From Blepharisma stoltei ATCC 30299 (lineage: Eukaryota; Protista; Ciliophora), in assembly GCA_965603825.1 (NCBI GenBank), contig CBFDEM010000029.1:1-64000 (forward strand): DNA of 64,000 nucleotides, written 5' to 3'. The notes beneath the pieces are model-generated. The model saw only the letters and a program-made list of their open reading frames with translations, ran no database searches and was not told the origin of the DNA. Within the stretch, counting starts at the first letter, position 1. Every line of letters begins with the position of its first letter. Below, piece after piece: positions 13,701 to 25,857 of this stretch. Made by a program: the position numbers and the translations under genes.

Positions 13701-16700
13701 CTCTTGTAGTGGTTGTAACTCATGCAGTTTAGGATGCAGAAGAAGCCAAAGTTGCTATATCTGCTATGACCCACTATGCACAACATGTACTGGATTTGAA
13801 TCAGGAGAGTGCACTGCATGCGTGTCTAATGCCACCCCAACAGCTGGGGTATGTGCTTGTAATGCAAATTATTGGGTTTCAGGCAATGGGCTTTCATGTA
13901 ATTGGGCTTGCACAACTGGATGCGCGACCTGCACCGGCAATTTAGTATACAATCAGTGTACATCGTGCAATACAAATTATTATCTCCTAAACAACCAATG
14001 CTTTTCCTCATGCCCAACAGGCTATACACAAGATTCTACTTTAAATCAATGCACAAATCCTCCATCATCTTCTATAGTTACATTAGCTTTGCAAAATTTG
14101 ATTCACCTTGATTCAGTTGATGTCTTTACAGTTGGCTCAGCCTCTAACCCTTATCCTTCCTTTGATACTGCAGACCCAGTTCCTTCAATTAGCAGGGGCT
14201 ATTACTTTTCTTCTGGGAAATGCATGACCTCAACCACAAGCCTCATTATAAGCCCTTGGTATACAATAAATATCTGGGCAAAGCCAATGTCTCAAGGAGC
14301 TATTGTATCGCAATTAAACGGAGCTGTTTTAATGATGGGCATTTCAATTGACTCAAGTGGGCATGTAAATTTTTGCATACAATTAAAAGACTCTTCACTA
14401 GTGCAGATAACTGGAACAAGTAATTTGTTTTTTTCTTGGCATAATATCGTGTTTTATGGAGATATTGTGAATGCGTATACAGTCGCTTATTATGTTTTGG
14501 ATGGAGTTGCTAAATCAAATTTGTCAAGCAGCAATAAGCAGCCGTTTATCAGCACTGGACAAGTTATTGTCGGAAAGCAAAGCCTTACTGATTCTCTTGG
14601 TGGGTTTATTTGGAGCATAAAAATATATAACGATAATTCGTATTCTCTGAGCGAGTGAATTACGTCTGGATGCGCTACAGGATGCACAAACTGCCCTTCA
14701 GAAAAATTGTGCCCCGATAATTGCGGTTTTGGGTATTTTTATTCTTCTAGCTGCACTGCTTGTTCAAGCTGTAGTTATGGCTGCAGATCAACATTAACTT
14801 GCAGGCTATGCAAACAAAAAGAATGCTTATCTTGTGTTGATTTTACCGGAGATTGCAGCTCATGCATCACAAATGCCTCATTGAATAATGGAAGCTGCGC
14901 TTGTAACTCTAACTCTATATGGATTCAATCATCAGCAACCTGCGAAATCTGTGATATCATTTGCAGCAGCTGTGCTGGAAGTTATTATTTTGAATGCACT
15001 GCTTGTATTGCTACAAAAATTTTAGTAGGAACTGTTTGTTTGCATCAATGCCCAACTGGATTTAGCAGTTCTGGCTGCACCAGCACATCATCTCCAGTAG
15101 TTGATGCTTCCTTATATGATAACTTTCAAGGAAATTATGGGATTTTCAATGTAGGAGCGAATCCAAGCACTTATTATTTCTCAAATAGTCCTGAGGCTGA
15201 CGATCCAATCCCTGCTGTTTCAAGAGGTCTTTATTTTTCGAGTGGTAAATTCCTTGAAAGCTCTGTATCTCTATCTTTATCCTCAAGCTTTTCTTTGGGC
15301 TTCTGGATTCTTGTAGAAAGTGCTGGAGATATTTTAGAGAAACAAAGCAGTTTTACAATGAGCAGTAATGGTCAAACAACTATCACTTTGCAGAGCCCTT
15401 TGCAAGTTGTTAGCACTGCAACAGCATCAGCTCTAACTTTTACAGGATGGGGCTATATATCTATTTCAGTAAAATACCTGAATGGCGGTTCAACAATTAC
15501 TAACTACATAAACAATATTGCAGGCACACCAATATCGTCTACAAGTAAGATATTTAGAGACGCTCTTTCATCTGCCCTTATTCTCGGAAAGAGCTCCTCA
15601 AGCTCGTCATTTTCAGGATTTTTGTATTGGATTACTGTATGAAATTCTGCATTAAGTGATTTTTCAGCTGAAAAAAATAACCTGTGTGGAACTGGATTAG
15701 GATCAAGCTGTTTGTGGAATTGTGATATAAGCCAATATTATACGGGATCAGCATGCAGCTCTTGCAGTACTTGTCCACTTGGCTGCAGAAGATCAAATTC
15801 TTGCAATGTTTGTTATGATACATTGTGCGCAACTTGCAGCTTTTTTAATTCAGGCCAGTGCTCAGCATGTGTAACACATGCTAGCGTGCTTGCAGGCGGA
15901 ATTTGTGCATGTAATGCAAATTATATTCCTTCAACTGATGGGTTCTCTTGTGTATGGGGATGCTATGCTGGCTGTGCTAGCTGCTCAGGGACTCTTTATA
16001 CTCAGTGCACTTCTTGCTTTTCTGGATGGTTTTTATATGACAACATGTGCTTACTTGCATGCCCAACTGGGTTTACACAGGATTCTGGGCTAAATCAGTG
16101 TACTTCCCCTCCAACTTCTCCGATAATTTCTTTGCAATTCCAAAATTTGATAATATTGAACACTGTTAATACATTTTCAATCGGCTCTTCAAGCACAAAT
16201 ACATACCCTACGTATGATGCTAATGATCCACTCCCTGCGGTTAATAGGGGTTATTACTTCACAGGTGCCTCGTCTGCTGCTTCTACAAATTCTTATATAA
16301 TAAGTCCTTTATATTCGATAAATCTATGAACCAAACCTATTTCTGGAGGATATATGCTATGGCAATTACCTGCCATGCTTAAATTTTCATTTACCACTCT
16401 TGGCGTGATATCAATTATACTGACTTTACAAGATACTTCAACAGTCTCATATACATCAACAACGGTGCTATTTAATAATTGGCATAATATTGCATTCACT
16501 GGGGATATTGTTAACACAAAAACAAGGATTAGTTTCTATCTAGATGGAACTTTAGTCAATTATTTGGATTCTCCAAGCTCATCTCCATTTGTAAGCTCAG
16601 GATCAGTTCTAATCGGCAGCTCAGATGGCACAAATGGATTTACCGGATTTTTATGGAGCTTGTATGTGTATAACGATAATGCTCATGCATTAACCGAATG

Positions 16701-19700
16701 AATTGCAACAGGATGCAGCTCAGGATGTTCAAGCTGCCCATCAGAATTATTATGCCCTGACAACTGCGCTTTTAATAATTTTTACTCATCAAGTTGCGTT
16801 TCTTGCTCAGCAAGCTGCAGCTCATATGGCTGCAGGAGCTCATTAACTTGCAGGCTATGCAAATATAAGGAATGCCTCAGCTGTGACCATTTCGATGGAA
16901 ACTGCTTTTCGTGTATAACAAATGCCCAGCTCAATTCTGGAGTTTGCAGCTGCAATAGTAATGCAATATGAATACAATCATCTGAGAGCTGTGAGATTTG
17001 TGATAATTATTGCCAGAATTGCATTGGAAATGGCTATTTTGAATGCAGTGCATGCATAGCAGGGAAATTCAAAGTTTGAAATGCCTGTGTTAATGATTGT
17101 CCTACAGGATTTACTATGCCTGGATGTGTAAGTACAACTTCATCCGTAATTGATGAAAATTTTGATACAGCATTTCAAGGATCATATGGGATTTTTACTA
17201 CAGCTTTAAGCTCAAGTTCTTATTATTTTTATAATACCCCTGAAACTTATGATCCTATCCCAGCATATCACAGAGGGTTATATTTTTCTAGCGGATCATA
17301 TTTGGAATCTAATACTCCGATTTACTTATCACATAGTTTTTCGATTGGTTTATGGATGTTTGTAGTAGGTTCAGGTAGTGTACTTGAAAAGCAGGATTTT
17401 TTATATATGAATGAATTGGGAGCTTTTACTTTGACTTTAGAAAGTCCTTTGCAAGCAACTACTACTATTTCAACAGCCTCTTTAACGATTACAAACTGAA
17501 ATTATATATCTCTGACCGTGAAATATTCCTTAGGGGCTTCCACAATTACAGTCTATCTCAATGATTCTCCACAAGCTCCGATAGTATCTAATAACTTCAT
17601 ATTCAGAGATATTGTAGGCAAAACTCTTCTTCTTGGAAAAAGCAATGCTTCTTCATTTAATGGATTTATTTATCACTTTTCCTTATGAAATACACCTATT
17701 ACTGATTTTTCTTCACAAATAGCGAATTTGTGTGGTACTGGATTGGGATCAAATTGCCTGTGGCCTTGCGATATGAATCATTATTATTCAGGCTCCTCAT
17801 GCACATCATGCTCTACTTGCTCCCTTGGATGCAGACTGGGAACTACTTGCAATATTTGTTATGATTTATTATGTGACAAATGCACAGGGTTTACTTCAGG
17901 ATTATGCTTTCATTGTGTGGCTCATGCCTCTGTCAGTTCAGGGTCTTGCACTTGTGATACAAACTACATCGTTTCTACTGATGGCCTATCTTGCATTTGG
18001 GGCTGTGCTCCAAATTGCTCAGGATGTTCCGGAACATTATCAACCCAATGCACATCGTGCAATCCAGGCTACTTCTTTTTAAATGGAATTTGCTATGCCC
18101 ACTGTCCTACAGGATATACTGAAGACTCTTCCTTAAATCAATGCACAAATCCTCCGTCGTCTCCTATTATCTCAGTTCAACTAGAAAATTTGATATATTT
18201 GGATACTGTTAATTCTTTCTCTGTTGGATCTAGTAATACAAATACTTATCCAAATTGGGATAGCAATGATCCAATACCCGCAATTTACAGAGGATATTAT
18301 TTCAAAACCAGTTCAATTATGACATCAACGAACTCTTATATCATTTCTTCATGGTTTACAATAACTGCTTGGGTGAAGCCTACTGGACAAGGTAATTTTT
18401 TAACTCAACTCAATGGTGCAAGTCAACTTTTATCGATTTCTTTTGATTTAAACGGCCATGCGGTAATTTCTCTTCTTTTAGAGGACACTTCTTTGGCTTC
18501 GTATACCACAGCCTCAAATTTATTTAACAGTTGGCATAATATAGCTTTTACTGGAACTATTTCAGCCTCTTTTAAAACATCAATAACTTTTTATAAAGAT
18601 GGCTCACAAGTTTTCACACAGCTTTCTTCAAATTCATCTCCATTTATCAGCTCTGGATCAATTACGATCGGAAATACTGGATCTTCAAGCAGTTTTAGAG
18701 GATTTTTATGGAGTATAATGATATATAATGACAACAGTTTTGCTCTAAGTGAATGGATTTCAACTGGCTGCCAATCAGGATGCTCAAACTGCCCATCAGA
18801 GTTGCTATGTCCTGATTCTTGCACTTTTAATCAGTTTTATTCATCAGGCTGCACTTCATGCTCTTCAAGTTGCAACACTTATGGGTGTCGAAGTCTCTCG
18901 ACTTGCAGGCTCTGTAAACAAAAAGAATGCTTATCCTGCAGCAAATTTGATGGACCTTGCAGCTCTTGTATTCCTAATGCAAGTTTGAGCAGTGGGAGCT
19001 GCTCTTGTAATTCTAATGCTGTATGATCACAATTAACAGAGAGCTGCGAAATATGCTATTCAGTCTGCTCAGGATGCAATGGATTAAGATTCATTGATTG
19101 TATCTCGTGCAGTTCTGGCTATTTCTCCTTAAGCAATGTATGTGTACAGAATTGTCCATCAGGATACCTTCAGACTGCTGGAAATTGCGCTCTTGACACC
19201 GCAGGGCTAAATGGGTTTGTAATTGACTTGAAATTAAATCAAATAAAAGACACTGTTATTGATTCGCAGTTAGGGATGCCATTTATGACTGGGGATGATA
19301 GTAATTTTTATCCTGCTTATACCGCTAAAGATCCATATGCAGCAAAATATAGAGGCTATTATTTTCAAGGCAGCTCTTATATGAAGATTCCTGATAGTTA
19401 TGCCTCTTCAATTCCAAGCTTAGTTATTTCTTCTGAATTCACTATAGCTATATGAATCAATCCTACTGGGAGCATGGGGACTTTGTTTACTAAGCAAAAA
19501 AATGATGGAACTTTAGCATCCCTCTACAGTTTTGGAATTTCCTCATATAATCCTACAATATCCTTACTCTTAACAGATGGAACCACAACTTCAGCTACAA
19601 GTTTGAATTCAGTTTCCGTTAACTCCTGAAACTTTATAGCAGCAACTTATAAAATTGATTCAACACAAACCCACAAATTATCTTTTTTTATTAATACCCT

Positions 19701-22700
19701 TTCTACAGATATTCGATCTCTTCCTGCAAGTTCTTGGTTTCAAGATATCGCATCTTCCTATTACATAACAATTTCATCTAGCCGTGCTTCCTCAACTTCA
19801 TTCAGCTCCTTTTACACCGGTTTTCTCTATGAGCTACTCCTATATAACACCATCATTTCCCCATCATCTTTATTCTCCACCTCCTGCCCTACTTGCTCTG
19901 TTTGCCCCATTTCCAATGCCTGCTATCCTATCTGCTCTATCTCTCAATATTGGGATGGCTCCTCTTGCATACCATGTGATACTGCCTGTTCTTCTGTGGG
20001 ATGCAAAGATTCTTTATCCAACTGCAATCTATGTCAAGATCCTTTATGCTATGAATGTGATGATTATGCATCAACATGCATCCAGTGTATAACTAATGCC
20101 CATTTAGATTCAGGGGCGTGTGTGTGTGATACCGGATATTTTTGGGATGAAGTTTCATTGCAATGCACTACATGCAGTTCTGCATGCAATTATTGTATTG
20201 AGCCAAGCGCATTTGGATGCACTGATTGCAGCTCTGGGTTTTTTATGATAGGTTATGTTTGCCTGAAATTTTGTCCATTGGGATATACTCAGAGTGGAAA
20301 CATTTGCAAGCTTGTGAATGAATTTGTGTATGACATGAAATTTGATAAGTTGACTGGAGTTATTTATGATAGCGTTAGCAATATCCCAGCCTTGACAGGG
20401 AATTCAATAGAATTTTATCCTAATTATGACTATTATGATCCTCTTCCAGCATACTTGAGAGGGTTTTATTTTAATGGAAATACATCAATCATGCATCTGC
20501 CAAAATATAAAAGCTATGCTTCCCCAACTTTGGTTTTAGGGACAATTTTCACATTTTCGACTTGAATAAACACTGAAAGTACTACTGGAACAGTTTTCTA
20601 TAAATCGAGCCACCTTTCTGTAGGAAGCTCCTTGCTTGAATTAAAAATAGTTGGTGGCTATCCCACCTTAATCTTACTAATGAGGGGGATACAAATTATT
20701 CACCAATGCGAAAATCAAATAACCCAACTATTTTGGCAGCATATAGCATTTATTTTATCAACTGACTCTACAAGAAATTCTGTTATAACATGCTTTATTA
20801 ATACAATTTCTGATGTTTCTCTTGTATCTCTTCCATTGCAATACTTTGAAGATGACGCAGCAAGTATTTCTGTCAAAATTGGAGCTAGACAAACAACCAC
20901 AAGCAATTATGAAAACTTTTATAAAGGGTTTATATATGAAATCGCTATTTATAATTCTGTAAAATCGATAAATGACTTAGCATTGCCCTTTAGTTCTTGC
21001 ACCGAAAGCTGTCCGGCCTGCTTGATAACCAAAAAGTGTATCCCAAATTGCCCTATTATGGAGTACTGAAAAGGCCCAAACTGCAATGATTGCGGAGCTT
21101 GTAATAAAAATTGTACAAGTTCTTGCAGATATTCAGGACCGTCCTGCACTTTATGTGGAGATATTCTCTGTTATGATTGTGCAGATTATGAAAACAGTTG
21201 CATAGAGTGTAAAACTAATTCAACATTTAATAGTAATTGCATTTGCGACTCGCCATTTGGATATAATTCGTTGACTGAGTCCTGCTCTTATTGCAATATT
21301 ACACAGTATAGAGGAGAATCTGATGGGCAATGCTATGAGTGCCCTTCAAACTGCACTACTTGCAAAAGTGCAAATAGCTGTTTAAGCTGCATTAAAGACG
21401 CTATAATATCAAACGGAGCTTGTGTGTGCAAGCCAGGATATAATTTTTCCAAAAAGGTTTGTATGATTTCTCTTTTTAACGCGACTTTATTTGTAGATTA
21501 TGATAATTCCTTATATTTGAATTTTTCTGAAACCCTGATGCAAGATTTAACCTCAAAAGACATAGAAATTTCAATATTCAATAAGTCTAAAATCGAATGA
21601 TCCATGGAAATGAGAGGATCTAAAGAATATTATATATCTATCTTGATGGATTCTGATATAAAACAAAACACAACTGTCACTTTATATTTTGTAAATGACC
21701 AAATTTTGTCTACAAATAATTCAATACTCCAAGAGAAAAATTTAACTGGGAAACTATATGAATTTAATTATGCTACTAGCTCATCAAATGTTGAAGCGAT
21801 TTCTCAGCAAACCACTGCAGCTATTCATATAAGCGTTGCGACTTCTCTGATTATGGCTTTGATTAATCCAGATCCATCATGCTTGTGAACAACTTTAAAC
21901 ACATTGCAGGTCTTATCATTTATTACGCTTTCAGGAATACCATTATCATCATCACTATATTCATTTTTAAACAGCTTAAATAGCTATGACGTAATCCCAA
22001 ATCTATATGAAATTTTAGCCCCGGAAAGTGATGGAAAGACCCCTTATAAAGAAGCCAAAGAATTTGGATATAAAACAGATCTTATTTTACTAAATGCAGG
22101 GAATCTATTAACTGTTTTTAGCGCTATAATGGCTGTTTATCCTGCTATTATCTTCTTTTCTCAATGCTCTAATAAATGATTCGGTAAAATGTTCACTGGA
22201 ATTTTGAAGCATTATAAGTACTCGGTATTTTTAAGATTTTGGATACAAAGCTATTTAGATATAGGAGCACCAGCTGTCATCGGCTTGTTAATTGTAAAAT
22301 TTATTTAGTTTTCATATAACAATGAAACCCAAATTGTCAATGCCGTTATATGCATTTCCTTATGTGTAAGTTTTATTTAGATGTATATATTTGCGACGCC
22401 TGTGGTTTTGATTTATATTCTATATGCAAACAAGTACCAAATAATTAAAAGAAAAATACCATTCCTTAAAAAATTTGATTCATTATTCTATGAATTTAAA
22501 CCCAATCAAGGTATGATGAGCTATCAGTTTTATACCCTATTTTTCATAAGAAGGCTAATCTACATGTCATCGTTAATTTTCCTATCTGATATTCCAATAT
22601 ATCAGGGCCTAATAAACATTGTTCTTTCAGTTGTGACTATTTCATATTTACTTGCTTATAGGCCTTATTCAGATTTCTTACATCAATTTTCAAACATTTT

Positions 22701-23034
22701 TACAGAAATAGTAGTTGGAATTGTAATGATTTTGACTACAGCGTTTGTAATGAATTTGGGAGACGATGCTGAGCTTTGGCTTGAAAAAATAATTTATGTG
22801 AATGTTGCTGCAATTATGGTGATACAGATTTTCGCAAGTTTATCATCATTTTTCAAGACAATATACACAATTGTGAAACCAAAAATATTGCAAGTGATTA
22901 ATAGTGAAAGCCGCGCGAGAAATTATGCGATAAATGAAGTTGAGCGTACTATTACATTAGATCGTTCAATTACTATGGATCATGATGTAAGAAATTTGCA
23001 TCGATTGGAGACTAGAGAAGGAGATCCATTTTAG
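7768..23034 (+). CDS. Giant (~5078 aa) surface/receptor-like protein: signal peptide, 13 modules of furin-like Cys-rich repeats + LamG/ConA-like beta domain, stalk, multi-TM C-terminus
   Basis: All main + strand ORFs from 7702 to 22381 are in one frame, separated by TGA (=Trp, ~30 sites); two 15-nt introns (22294-22308, 22366-22380) remove the in-frame TAGs; DPxPxxxRGxYF motif recurs every ~1.0-1.1 kb; hydrophobic C-terminal region with FYEFK...FFIRR. Confidence 0.88.
22294..22308 (+). other. 15-nt spliceosomal intron
   Basis: gtaaaatttatttag, phase 0; removal deletes an in-frame TAG. Confidence 0.9.
22366..22380 (+). other. 15-nt spliceosomal intron
   Basis: gtaagttttatttag, phase 0; contains an in-frame TAG. 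Confidence 0.9.
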
Positions 23035-23961
23035 TTAATAATAAGTGGGATTTTAAGGATATTAATTTAATTTTTAAATTTCAAGATTGGCAATAAGACA
23101 GCTCTGCCATATTCTTATTGAAAGTAATTTTGATATATAATACTTCAACTTATTAAATATTGTATAGTGTCACACTTTTCCTACATCAGAAGATATTACA
23201 TATATTAGCCTATTTGCAAACGAAAGAACAGCATGAATTTACAAAACAAAAATCCCATTTTAAAATATTATTTTAAAAATTTTGTGCTAGCTATACCAAG
23301 ATTTTATAATAGGCAATTTTAATTGATAATATTGCTATATCCAAAATAGAATTTAATTCAAAACTTTAATTTTTTATATGACTACTCTTTTGCTTTGTTT
23401 AAAATAGCACGTCTCTGACTTTCAGAGAAGTACTTGGTTATTTTCCCTTTTTCGATAGTCATATAATAGGAAAATGAGCACTGTTTTGCTGATTTTGAAA
23501 CCTTTTTCACTAGTCAAAAAGGTAATATTGCGGAGTTAAACAAATAAAGCTGCTAAAAATTAAAAGATAGCATAAATCATAAAACAATTTTTTATTCAAT
23601 TTTTTAATTATCATTTTAATATATCCATATGCAGAATTTATCAATTATAGTTTCATTGAATATCTTTACCAAAAATCTTTTGAAAATATTAGAAAAATTT
23701 TTAATTATAAATATAAACAGTTGAAACACTATTTCAAGCATTAAATACATACTCAAATTTATAAAAAATTAATTTTTTTAGCCACATGGATTTATAGGCT
23801 TGCTAAATTCTAAAAAACTATAATTTATGGAATTTATAAATTTGAATTAAATCCAACTGAGAGCTTAAAGTATCCCCTATTTCAGCTAAGTCCGCTTTCA
23901 ATATAATTTTCTCATATCTCACTTACTGCTCAAATCTATTAGTTTAATAAATACTTAAAAA

Positions 23962-25812
23962 ATGAACACAGCAAACATTCTCTTTATAATTGCTCGTCAT
24001 TTGACATTCAGGGATTTGCTTTCATTTGGTCAAGTAAATAAGCTATTCAACTCTGTATCAAAAAAGGACGAATTATGGAAACGTGAATGCTTGAGAGTTT
24101 ATTTTGGGAATTATGATATTTTTGGGTATTTAATATGTAGCTCAATCTATAAAGGCGATGAGTATCTTTACAAGCCCACCCGTGAACCTCACTGGAGACA
24201 TCTCTTAAAAAAGCTGATCCAAACCCGTCACTCCTGGCTTCTTCTAAAAGGCGACAGTTTTACACATGACGACTTAGACACTTTACGGTGTGAAGTGTTT
24301 TTGACCCTTCAAGAACCTTTACTTCCACCTCCACCACTTCGCCGTGAGCCTAAAACGTTTCCTACTATTATCCAAGACTTATTAGCGCACATATTTGAAG
24401 AGCCTTCTCAAATTGGTTTCAATCTCCCAACCGAATCTGAAATGATAATTGAGGGGGTCATGAATCAAAATCTTATTGACGAGGTAAACATTATTTAGAT
24501 TGGAGATAACGTCAGCATTGATCAAATAGCTATAATTAAATGGGCTTTGAAAGGAAATAAATGTGATATAAATAAAAGTTTATCGTTAGGAAGTTCGGGA
24601 AATCAGTCGACCTGCTATTCAAGTACAGGTGATTTTGATAGCACTTTATTGACCACTTATTTTCAAAATAAAATGATTAATGCCAATCCATTGATAATCA
24701 AGCTTTTTTGTACACTGAAAAAAACAATTAAAATCCACTGTGTGGCTAGCTGGAATTGTTTAAATTTAATTGAAGAAGCCACAGAATTATTGAGTGAGTA
24801 CTGTTTAAGGGTATATTTTATGTAGTGGGATGCTTTTTGTGCAAGCATTTATTGGTTGGACAAAATATTTTTACCATTCAGCATTTTGATTAACCAAAGC
24901 TATGACATTCATTGGCCTAATGCCCCAAAAATGCCGCCGTTCACAGTGATGAGACTTATGATGATAATCTGAAGAAGGCACGTATTCAATAAGCTGAAAG
25001 ACTATCTTTTAGACTCTATTTTCAATCTATTGCAAAGCCAAAGAAATATGATTGTTAAAGAGTGTCCTACTTTTAAAGGGGAAATAAATAGGATTATAAA
25101 AGAAGACACTGCCAATATAATGATTAAAGCAATACAAGCTGTTGTCGATTTATCAGTTAATGAGCTGAATATCTATTTTATTGATCACTCAGGATTTAAG
25201 GGTGATGGGGAGTATCAGCTTTTGCACGAAAAAGTTTTGAAGCTCACTCAACAGTTTTATGAAGAAGTCTCAAGCTATCCATATGCTGCACAGATTTATA
25301 TTTTAGGTGAAGATTTAAAACTGGCTCAGAGAGCATTTTTGCCCTGCACATGAACTAAAATCGAAAGGATGGGAGTCGAAATTAAAATAGAATCAATGAA
25401 AAATCTTTATTATTCCGAATATAAGCAATTTATTCCGATTTCCTTAACCCCTGAGGAAGAAGGCCTTGACAGGTTCGTTTACAGTCCTTTTGGAAAAATG
25501 CTTTTTAGCAATGACCAAAGTCATGCAGCATCTAGAAATATAAAACTGTATATAGATTATTTGAGGATCCGCAATCGATTGCAGGAAGTCATGGATTATA
25601 ACAATTTGGTACAATATATGTAGGATGCTTTATGTCAAAAATTAAAACAGCCAAAGTTAGTCGAAGATGAAGAAATCGAGTACCAGAATGAGCAGATGGG
25701 CTTGAAGCTTGAAGTGCCGCCGGAAGAACAAGTCTTGTTTTCCATTTCCAATGATATCCACCCAGGACAATTTCTAGCCATAATTTCTGCTTTTAAAACA
25801 TTTGAAGGGTAG
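23962..25812 (+). CDS. F-box protein with cullin-repeat-like C-terminal half (~601 aa)
   Basis: N-terminal ILFIIARHLTFRDLLSFGQVNKLFNSVSKKDELWK is F-box-like; three 15-nt introns and two TGA-Trp join ORFs 23962/24547/25030/25369; LLSEYCLRWDAF...LDKIF...IWRRHVFNKLKDYLLDSIFNLLQSQR resembles cullin N-terminal repeat helices. Confidence 0.75.
24484..24498 (+). other. 15-nt intron
   Basis: gtaaacattatttag, phase 0, in-frame TAG. Confidence 0.88.
24811..24825 (+). other. 15-nt intron
   Basis: gtatattttatgtag, phase 0, in-frame TAG. Confidence 0.88.
25609..25623 (+). other. 15-nt intron
   Basis: gtacaatatatgtag, phase 0, in-frame TAG; coding-like sequence continues to TAG at 25810-25812. Confidence 0.8.
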
Positions 25813-25857
25813 ATAAATAATCAGCAGTGTTTCAATATTAGGGCAATAATATAATAA

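Noticed and set aside
7702-23034. Cluster of many small Cys-rich genes or a heavily pseudogenised locus, as the ORF track suggests
   Set aside because: All pieces are in one frame and break only at TGA in positions where sister modules have TGG
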